Source: an uncultured Methanosarcinales archaeon (lineage in GTDB: Archaea > Nanobdellota > Nanobdellia > Woesearchaeales > CAYVYK01). Taken from it: DNA of 20,000 nucleotides. This document shows positions 8,239 to 15,335 of this stretch, in pieces; position 1 is the first letter of the stretch; every line of letters starts with the position of its first letter. The notes beneath the pieces were generated by a model that had not been told where the DNA came from, searched no databases, and worked only from the letters and a program-made list of their open reading frames with translations. The stretch lies in NCBI GenBank assembly GCA_964455675.1, contig CAYVYK010000011.1:47222-67221 (forward strand), read 5' to 3'. The translations under genes were made by a program, and so were the position numbers.

Positions 8239-9774
8239 CTATTTACCTGGCTGGAATCGCATCGCATCCACGTAGGGAAGCATCCATGACTCCGCGACGT
8301 CGATGAAGCCAGGGACTTGCGCTTGATTTGGCGCCATCAGACCTGCAAGCCTCGTCGCCACGAGGAACCCGATGTACTGCTGCAGAGCGACGTTTCCATG
8401 CTGCTCCGCATCGATCATGTCACGATGGGTGAGGTTGATGACGATCGCGCGAGCTTCGTCACCACCAGAACCGAGGCGAGCCCGCCAGAGATTCCCATGA
8501 GTCTCGTCGCCCTCCTTGAAGACGATCCGAAGCTGGGAACTCTGGACCTTATACGCCCGAGGCTTACGCGCCTTTGGCTCAGCACGCCGAATACTTGGCA
8601 CCTCGGCCTTCTTGCGCACCTTCTTGCGCGTCTGCGTTGGTGGAGGTTCGGGCGTTCGATCGGGCTTCTTGAAGAATTCGGGAACGAGCTCGGGATCCTG
8701 GAAGATGTCACTCTCCAGATTCCGGATGACGCGCTCCGCGACCTCCATGAGGCGATCTTCCTCGCGCTGCTCCTTCAAGCGCTCAAGCCAAGGCTCTCCG
8801 TAGTCGACGACGAACTGAAGAACCGCGTCCTGAAACGCCTCAAGACCCTCGTTGACCTCAAAGTTCGTGCGGTCAGGATCGATCGTGCAGAAATCCACGC
8901 GGATGCGACCCTGCACATAACCGCATCCGAAGAAGTGACTGACCGCGGGCCAGACGTCACGAAGGTTCGACAGCGGGAACGAATACTTCCCCTGGTGGTC
9001 GACGAGCACGCGCGGATTCTTCACCTGCGTGACCGTGAGGTAGACCTCAAAGGACACCGTACCGCGCGGAGTCTCGATGAGGAATTCCTCGCGTCTCCCA
9101 GGAAACTCGATGGGGTGGACGATCTTTTCGACGGGAACTCCTTTCTCGTCCACAACCTCAATCCGGATCTTGATGCCGGAATCGCGGATTCTTCCCGGGA
9201 ACGTCTGGGCGATAGTATCGACGATCTCGTCGAGCAGGTTTGGGATCTTCGCGAGCCGCCGGATGTGAGCGCCGTCAATATCCTGAACATCAATGTAGCT
9301 CGACATCCCGGCATAACGGTCCTTGAACCCCCAGCTCACAGGCAAGTGCTTGCCAGCGAATTCGACGTCCCTTTGGCCCGCAACCGCCTCACGGTCCAGA
9401 ATGATCTCGAAGAACGGGGGCGGATTGTGGACCGTTGCATCGCGCGTGATGATGCGGTACTTGGCTCCAACAGCGAGAGGCGCGAGATTACCGATGCCCT
9501 TCTCGCCGATGTCGTCATCACCCTTCTGACGCTGACCGACGCAGTTGATCCGACGAGTGATCTCCTCAAGCGACGCGCCAAGACCATCATCCCAGGACTG
9601 GAGACGCCGACGCTTGAGATTCAAGCGGATAAGCGCAGTCTGCGCCTTCTTGTCGAGGAGATTCTGCACGAGCTCCAAGATGACCTGTTCGAGCGTTCCA
9701 TACTTCTGAGCGAGGTAGAGGGCAACGTTGCCCTGGTGGTACCCAAGTTTAACACCGAACGTTTGTTCAATCAA
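8239..9774 (-). CDS. GHKL (HATPase_c_3, MORC-like) ATPase
   Basis: Bergerat motifs ELVQNLLD, WDDGLG, IGEKGIGNLA and a later T (IITR); S5-like region GYVQGRIRVDFCTIDPDRTNF; MORC-like C-terminal IVINLTH. Probable TTG start at 9774 after AAGGAGGT (the ORF track starts at GTG 9795). Confidence 0.85.
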   Translation of the reverse strand: MIEQTFGVKLGYHQGNVALYLAQKYGTLEQVILELVQNLLDKKAQTALIRLNLKRRRLQSWDDGLGASLEEITRRINCVGQRQKGDDDIGEKGIGNLAPLAVGAKYRIITRDATVHNPPPFFEIILDREAVAGQRDVEFAGKHLPVSWGFKDRYAGMSSYIDVQDIDGAHIRRLAKIPNLLDEIVDTIAQTFPGRIRDSGIKIRIEVVDEKGVPVEKIVHPIEFPGRREEFLIETPRGTVSFEVYLTVTQVKNPRVLVDHQGKYSFPLSNLRDVWPAVSHFFGCGYVQGRIRVDFCTIDPDRTNFEVNEGLEAFQDAVLQFVVDYGEPWLERLKEQREEDRLMEVAERVIRNLESDIFQDPELVPEFFKKPDRTPEPPPTQTRKKVRKKAEVPSIRRAEPKARKPRAYKVQSSQLRIVFKEGDETHGNLWRARLGSGGDEARAIVINLTHRDMIDAEQHGNVALQQYIGFLVATRLAGLMAPNQAQVPGFIDVAESWMLPYVDAMRFQPGK

Positions 9775-10186
9775 CGGCCACCTCCTTGCGGTCACTTAGA
9801 ACCCGCTCCCTCATCATTTCGCTCGTGATCGCACGAACTGCCTCGAGGAACTCATGGAATGACCCGCCGAGATCTTGTCGCAGACGCACCCGATAGGTGC
9901 TATCATCCTCGTTGACGAGTTGTCTCAGGAGCGGGGTCAGCACAATGATCTGATCACCAGCGAGCTTCACCACACGATCCAAGATTGGGGATTTGTGCTT
10001 ACCGGCAAGCAGATCGTCCAGTAACTTGCGGTACTTCTTCGCGGGCTTCAAACCCTTCAGCCAGTTCTGGACAGTTGTTCGAGGAACTGCTTTTCCGGTC
10101 TCCTTTCGGAGGTGCACGACGAGTGCGGCAGCTCCCTGTAGGTCGTGCTGGGCCATATAGGCCTCGAGCCTTTCCTGGTACATCAT
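9767..10186 (-). CDS. XRE-like helix-turn-helix protein
   Basis: GKAVPRTTVQNWLKGLKP resembles an XRE recognition helix. ATGA overlap with the upstream gene; overlaps the start of the GHKL gene. Confidence 0.65.
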   Translation of the reverse strand: MMYQERLEAYMAQHDLQGAAALVVHLRKETGKAVPRTTVQNWLKGLKPAKKYRKLLDDLLAGKHKSPILDRVVKLAGDQIIVLTPLLRQLVNEDDSTYRVRLRQDLGGSFHEFLEAVRAITSEMMRERVLSDRKEVAVD

Positions 10187-10470
10187 GACCCTCGCACTGG
10201 CATGATCAAGACCTTCGGCCGATGGGTACCATGCCATACTATTACACCATCGACCATGATTCGGTAGTGCTGCTTTGTTTCCTCCCGTCGCTTTTTGCGA
10301 TGGAGCTGCTGGCACTCCCGAACCAACCGTTGTTCGGACACTCTCCTGCCCCGAAACCGCAGACGAAAATTTGCCAACAGACTCGCACGACGATCAGTGT
10401 CGTACGGGTGCATCGTCGGCGGTCTCACAGCAAGGAGAAACTCTGTTTCTCTTTGAGTGAGTTTCATCAT
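10183..10470 (-). CDS. Small basic protein, short paralog of 10516-11091
   Basis: LLAVRPPTM...FRLRF...RLVREC and IMVDGVIVWHGTHRPKV match segments of the adjacent gene. Confidence 0.75.
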   Translation of the reverse strand: MMKLTQRETEFLLAVRPPTMHPYDTDRRASLLANFRLRFRGRRVSEQRLVRECQQLHRKKRREETKQHYRIMVDGVIVWHGTHRPKVLIMPVRGS

Positions 10471-10515
10471 GATACATTCCCTCGGAGGACCGCGCGACCC
10501 TACGCGATGGCGCAA

Positions 10516-11091
10516 TCAGAGCGTCTCGGTCGTGACTGATCTGAGCTCGACGTTCGGACGCTTGGAACCTGACCACACCTGGACGCCGTCCACGAGGAGA
10601 ATGAAGGATGCTCCCGGTGCGCATGCCATGACTTTCGCTTCGGCCGCCGGAGCTACGGGAATTGCCCCACGCTTCCGCAGGACGTAGAAGTGCTGCTGGA
10701 TACTGCGCGACGTGACCTTGCAGCCGAACGTTCGGTTGAACTTTGCCGCGCGTCGCTTCCACGACCCGCTCCGCTCGCCGAGCCCGATGATGAACTGATC
10801 CTGCTCGGGAGTGTACGTGTGCAGCGGTCCGCGGCCGACCTTGTTATTGATCACTTTCGCGACCCTGGCCTTCGGCGGCACAATCGCGACGGTCTTGCCG
10901 TGCATCTTCCAACACTTGCGGATGAGGGAAGAGTCCTTGACCCACGCCGGAACGGTGGGAAACCGGGCACGGAATGCAGCAACGAACGCCTCACGCGCCG
11001 CGCCGTCTACAGTCTTCATCGAGGGCGGCGTCACGGAAGCCAGATACTCCATCTGAACTCTTGAGTAACGATATTTCTTGTGTTTCTTCAT
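10516..11091 (-). CDS. Basic DNA-binding protein with Myb/SANT-like HTH repeats
   Basis: YTPEQDQFI...SWKRRAAKFNRTFGCKVTSRSIQQHF is a Myb-like pattern, with a related N-terminal repeat (YRYSRVQMEYL...FRARF). AAGGAG RBS. Confidence 0.7.
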   Translation of the reverse strand: MKKHKKYRYSRVQMEYLASVTPPSMKTVDGAAREAFVAAFRARFPTVPAWVKDSSLIRKCWKMHGKTVAIVPPKARVAKVINNKVGRGPLHTYTPEQDQFIIGLGERSGSWKRRAAKFNRTFGCKVTSRSIQQHFYVLRKRGAIPVAPAAEAKVMACAPGASFILLVDGVQVWSGSKRPNVELRSVTTETL

Positions 11092-11252
11092 GAGTGACTC
11101 CTTGTTCTTCACAGGCAAGGCCTGCACCAATTACCGTTGACCGTTTACGACCTTATATCACGCACCAGGTGCAGAAGATGCACCAAGGGTTAGAAGAATG
11201 GAACCCGAGGCGATCACCAACTCAGGATGATCGACCAAGGAAAGAACTTCCC

Positions 11253-11291
11253 AAAAAAAGGAGCCGAGGCGCGGGGATGCACCCCGGCTCC
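11253..11291 (-). terminator. Intrinsic terminator downstream of the M50 gene
   Basis: ggagccg...cggctcc stem followed by T7 on the minus strand. Confidence 0.7.
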
Positions 11292-11422
11292 ATGGAAGCG
11301 CGACCCGTCGACAACCGCGCATGCCAACAAGTCAACTCCTCTCCCTTCCTTCCTCCTCCAATTTTTTGAAGAGATCGGAGCGCGCCTCCGAGATGTGCGC
11401 GGTAGGAGTTTACTCTCAAATG

Positions 11423-12268
11423 TCAGAGCTTAGGTACGGCTGGAATTGTCTGCACCATGATACCCACAAAGGCGGCAATCATCCCCAGGTAGACTCCAAG
11501 GACGAGAAAAATCTGCCACCAGCGCATTGCAGGGGGGGCCTCCACCTTTCTCCGTGCATCATCCAGAATTCCGTGAGCGATGAGAGCGTCCGGAGTGCTC
11601 AGACGATCCTCATGCTGCGCCAAGAATTTGCCCATGCGCTCAAGAATTCTTGGCGCAACGAACAGATTCTCATAGTCCCGTCTGATACTGCTGAGCGACA
11701 TCAAGGCGAGCAGCCCGAAAAACATGGTGTTCCTCGGACTGCCCAGATATACTGCCAGCAGGAAGAGTCCGCCGATAGCGGCCACCTTCAGACTGAACCC
11801 GAGAACGCGGTGCACGGAGTAGGCAACCTCACTAACGATTCCGCCGCCATCGAGCGGATAGATCGGCAGGAGGTTGAAGAGGTTGATGAGCGCGCAGATC
11901 AGCGCTGCCCTTGCACAGAAGATGTTGCCAGTGTGCACGAAAATCTGCGCGAGCACAACGCAAAACAGGAAACCAAACATCGGACCCATGAGGTAGATGA
12001 TAGCTTCCTGCCAGCGAGTCTTGGCACGCTCGGCACTCAGCGCGACGCCCCCCATGAAGGGAATCATGAACACGCCGAGCGTCTTTATCTTGAAGAATCG
12101 GGACGCGGACAAGTGGCCCTGCTCGTGCACGAAGATCATGAGGAGCAGGATCCCGCCCGTTGCCCAGCCGAATAGAAGCGCGTAGGCAAGGAGCGATGCC
12201 ACGAAGAGAACAAGCTTGGTCCGCAAAGCGTGTTCCTTCACCTGCGTTGCCATGAATGACATACTCAT
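11423..12268 (-). CDS. Site-2 protease (peptidase M50 family), bacterial type
   Basis: HEQGH, FMIPFMGG, YLMGP and NLFNLLPIYPLDGG motifs; multiple TM helices. Confidence 0.92.
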   Translation of the reverse strand: MSMSFMATQVKEHALRTKLVLFVASLLAYALLFGWATGGILLLMIFVHEQGHLSASRFFKIKTLGVFMIPFMGGVALSAERAKTRWQEAIIYLMGPMFGFLFCVVLAQIFVHTGNIFCARAALICALINLFNLLPIYPLDGGGIVSEVAYSVHRVLGFSLKVAAIGGLFLLAVYLGSPRNTMFFGLLALMSLSSIRRDYENLFVAPRILERMGKFLAQHEDRLSTPDALIAHGILDDARRKVEAPPAMRWWQIFLVLGVYLGMIAAFVGIMVQTIPAVPKL

Positions 12269-13083
12269 CCTCGATCCTGCGGCTTCGCAATCCAGGCAGA
12301 CCAGAGCGGAAAGCTCAGGCCTTCGCGCACGAGGGTGGCAAGCACGGGAAGCCGCAGGGTATCGTGCTTACCGACCGAACCTTTCGATGGCGCCCCGTGA
12401 ACACGCAGCTTCAGCATCCGCACGATGTCCGCGATGACAGCGAGCGGATTTCGTTCGCCAGGTTCACGCTGAACTGCCATACCGCACATCCAGTCGGCAG
12501 GAAGCAGGACATCTGCGTCGAGCGACGGAATCGAGATTGCACGCGAGGTCAGAGGCTGGAGGGATGCCAGCACAGCCTCTGACAACTTCCACACATTCTT
12601 CAGTTCGGGACTCTCCTCGCAATGCGTCAGGTACAGCGTGTCCTTGTCACCAAGAGGGATCGCGACGACGACTCCGGGCTGTACCGCGGACCGAAAGACT
12701 GACGCATCGCGCAGCAGCAGCATCTTGCCATCCGCGATCGCCTCGCCCACGCACACGTCAAGTGACAGAACGACAGCGGCGAGGAGATAGGGCGGCTCGG
12801 ATGCGCAAAGATAGGACCGCACCGGCGCGCCGATCTGATCCGCCACAAACTCGCAGAGAAAATCGCGGTTATAGCCAACCAGTACCTTCATCTCCGGAAT
12901 CAAAGTGAGAGAAGGCCTGCAGCGTGGAGCGAGCTGGGTCATGAAGTCCTGCTGCACAAACATTGCAGGACTGACGTTATCAGGGTACCAGTGGCACGTG
13001 CCGCCGACAAGACGCTCGACCGCGTTCACGATCGCAGCGGCGGAGTGCACCGATGTTCCGATGTTACGCTCTATTCCGATCAT
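12265..13083 (-). CDS. Hypothetical protein with degenerate serpin-like C-terminal half
   Basis: GGAGGT RBS before ATG 13083. VVAIPLGDKDTLYL, AISIPSLDAD..WMCGM and LRLPVLATLVREGLSFPLWSAWIAKP parallel serpin sheet B/C strands. ATGA overlap with the M50 gene. Confidence 0.6.
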   Translation of the reverse strand: MIGIERNIGTSVHSAAAIVNAVERLVGGTCHWYPDNVSPAMFVQQDFMTQLAPRCRPSLTLIPEMKVLVGYNRDFLCEFVADQIGAPVRSYLCASEPPYLLAAVVLSLDVCVGEAIADGKMLLLRDASVFRSAVQPGVVVAIPLGDKDTLYLTHCEESPELKNVWKLSEAVLASLQPLTSRAISIPSLDADVLLPADWMCGMAVQREPGERNPLAVIADIVRMLKLRVHGAPSKGSVGKHDTLRLPVLATLVREGLSFPLWSAWIAKPQDRG

Positions 13084-13130
13084 AGCACCTCCATGTTCAT
13101 CCCCTTGAAGCCGAATCAACACGCCACCTG

Positions 13131-13808
13131 CTAGTCCTTAGCCGTGTGCGCGTCCGCGATGGCGTCCTCGATACACACAAGCAGGAGCGCGTGGGGAAGC
13201 GAGATGCCGCTCTCGTAATCCACGATAGTGACGACGTAAGTATCGCCATCTACGAACGTGGCCTCGCGATCGACATCATAGTCGACGTTCCCCGCCAGGT
13301 CCTTGAGCTTGTGATTACTCCAGGCCATGTTGCCGTGCTTTTCCGAGCGGCCGACTTCCTTCTTGTCTGCGTCGTAAAAGTGGAAAACGTAGCTCAGTGG
13401 AGAGAACAAGCTGTCGAACGACTCCTCGCCGATGTGGCCGGTGACCTTGCCGCTGCCGTCGTAACAAATCGCGGCGCGGTTCCACTGAAAGAACCCCTTC
13501 TGCTCCTCCTCGCGAGCAATCACTTTGCCATCACTTGCCGCGAGCGTGAAGATGTCGCCGAAGGTTTTCCACGATTTACCCTTCACGGTGGCGACGATCT
13601 CCTTGTTGACAATGAGGTCGTAGTGCTTGCCAAAGGAGAAGCGCTTCTCGCGGACGGTGATCGACCTCGCCGCGAACAGCTTGTCCATCGGCTTGTCGGT
13701 GCAGACCGGGTAATCGTCGACGAACGCGTAGCCGACCACGCTGACCAGAATTATGATCGCGGGCACCAGAAGGATGAGGGACTTGCTCGATTTCATGCTG
13801 GATTTCAT
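13131..13808 (-). CDS. LURP-one / Tubby C-terminal / phospholipid scramblase-like protein with N-terminal membrane anchor
   Basis: ITVREKRFSFGKHYDL...VATVKGK...FTLAASDGKVIA repeated beta hairpins and a final hydrophobic helix (HALLLVCIEDAI). GAGGT RBS. Confidence 0.75.
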   Translation of the reverse strand: MKSSMKSSKSLILLVPAIIILVSVVGYAFVDDYPVCTDKPMDKLFAARSITVREKRFSFGKHYDLIVNKEIVATVKGKSWKTFGDIFTLAASDGKVIAREEEQKGFFQWNRAAICYDGSGKVTGHIGEESFDSLFSPLSYVFHFYDADKKEVGRSEKHGNMAWSNHKLKDLAGNVDYDVDREATFVDGDTYVVTIVDYESGISLPHALLLVCIEDAIADAHTAKD

Positions 13809-13891
13809 ATTTGATACCTCATGCGGGAACTTGCAGGGAGTTCCCGTACACCAAGGCACCCTGCTGCCTCTGTTGTTGATTCTGCTGTTGC

Positions 13892-15265
13892 CTATTCCGC
13901 GGACAACGCTTCTGCAGACAATGCGCGAGGCGCGTCCGGCTCAGGCATCTTAATCACGACTCGATTCTCTGCGACCTCACCACCCTCGCCAGAGAGTTCC
14001 CTCAGAATCGCAGCCTCCTCCGTAGAATCATCCGGCAGATGATCCACCACATTCGCGAGTGCGGCCATCGAACTTAGCTCATCCATCATCTCCTGCGTGC
14101 TGGCGGCGACGGCCGTCAGTTCCTGCATTGACGGCAGAGCGACTTCCCTTGCCACCCTGCTCGTCTGAAGATGAAAGATGTGCGTACCCAAGATGTCAAG
14201 CTGCTGACCGTACACATTCGCGAAGTTCCGTTGACGACGAAGAGTGGAACGCACCTCGCGGATCTTCGACGCCGCGCGACGTTTATCCAGTACTGAGGTA
14301 GTAGCCGCGCCGGCAGACAGCAGATCCTGCTCTTCGTTCTCCAGCAGGTCAATCTGCTGCAGCGCCTCATCACGCCGTCGGGCAATGAGGACGCGAACCT
14401 CAGAAAGATGGTTCACCTTGCGGGCGAGACGCGCGTCCTTGGAAACGATTAGACGCACGCTCTGACCGAGGCGCGCAAACAAGCGATGTGACTTCGCCTC
14501 AGGGGCGCCGCGATACAGCAGAGAAACTCCTGAAGCAGTGGAGACATGGAGCTCGCGATCCTTCTCTGTAGCAGCATGCACGAGATCCACGGCAACAGCC
14601 GATGGAACCTCCAAGCACTCCGCCACCTCCTGGATCGTAACGCCGCCAGTGAGAAGCTGAGAGTTGAGCTCGCTGATCGCCTGCGCAGCACCCTCTCGAT
14701 TCGCAACGGAGGGATCGAAGAGCGCAAGCAAAGCGGGGTTAATGCTGCGGTCAAGCGACAGCACCTTCCAGTGCTCGTCGACGAGCACCAAGGAGACGCT
14801 CTTTGGGACCAGCATTCGAGCACAATCCTCGACGTCCTGCTCGAAACCGGACGGGCTGAAGACGACGATGCACTGCGGCGTTTTACACGACACGACCACG
14901 CGGTTGAGGTGATCTAAGAAGTCCCTGCAGCCAACCTCGTCGGGACGATCATGGTCGAGATAGAGACGAGGAGGAGCGAGGACTGACACTGTGAGGATGC
15001 TCCGCACATACCCGCCACCATGCAGCGGACTCCAACCGAGATGAAACATGGAGAATCCGCGACTTAGCGGCAGACTATCGATTACGTCCTGGTCGTACAC
15101 GCGCCGATCGATCAGTTCAGCACGAAGATCCTCGGCAAAGTCGAAGAACACCCGCTCGCGACGACCCGGAAGCAGACGTGCAGACGCAGAGCGCAGATTT
15201 TCCTCAAGCCCTTTGAGGAACTCGTCCTCCTTTTTACGAAACCCCCTTGTCACTGTACCATTCAT
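13892..15265 (-). CDS. Multidomain protein: REase-like alpha/beta domain, winged HTH and C-terminal Snf7/PspA (ESCRT-III)-like helical hairpin
   Basis: CIVVFSPSGFEQD (Mrr-like strand-GF), GGVTIQEVAECLEVP (wHTH), and a coiled-coil hairpin RRRDEALQQIDLLENEEQDLL...KRRAASKIREVRSTLRRQ...QQLDIL followed by acidic helices ending EEAAILRELS. Confidence 0.6.
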   Translation of the reverse strand: MNGTVTRGFRKKEDEFLKGLEENLRSASARLLPGRRERVFFDFAEDLRAELIDRRVYDQDVIDSLPLSRGFSMFHLGWSPLHGGGYVRSILTVSVLAPPRLYLDHDRPDEVGCRDFLDHLNRVVVSCKTPQCIVVFSPSGFEQDVEDCARMLVPKSVSLVLVDEHWKVLSLDRSINPALLALFDPSVANREGAAQAISELNSQLLTGGVTIQEVAECLEVPSAVAVDLVHAATEKDRELHVSTASGVSLLYRGAPEAKSHRLFARLGQSVRLIVSKDARLARKVNHLSEVRVLIARRRDEALQQIDLLENEEQDLLSAGAATTSVLDKRRAASKIREVRSTLRRQRNFANVYGQQLDILGTHIFHLQTSRVAREVALPSMQELTAVAASTQEMMDELSSMAALANVVDHLPDDSTEEAAILRELSGEGGEVAENRVVIKMPEPDAPRALSAEALSAE

Positions 15266-15335
15266 GATGAACACTCCCAATACGCTGGATAGTGCCCAGC
15301 GATGACGAGTAACAGGTTAATTGATACGCATCTCG

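Noticed and set aside
8317..9828. 503-aa plus-strand ORF
   Set aside because: Antisense shadow of the GHKL ATPase gene with no motifs; typical of GC-rich codon bias
11321..12175. 284-aa plus-strand ORF
   Set aside because: Antisense to a clear M50 protease
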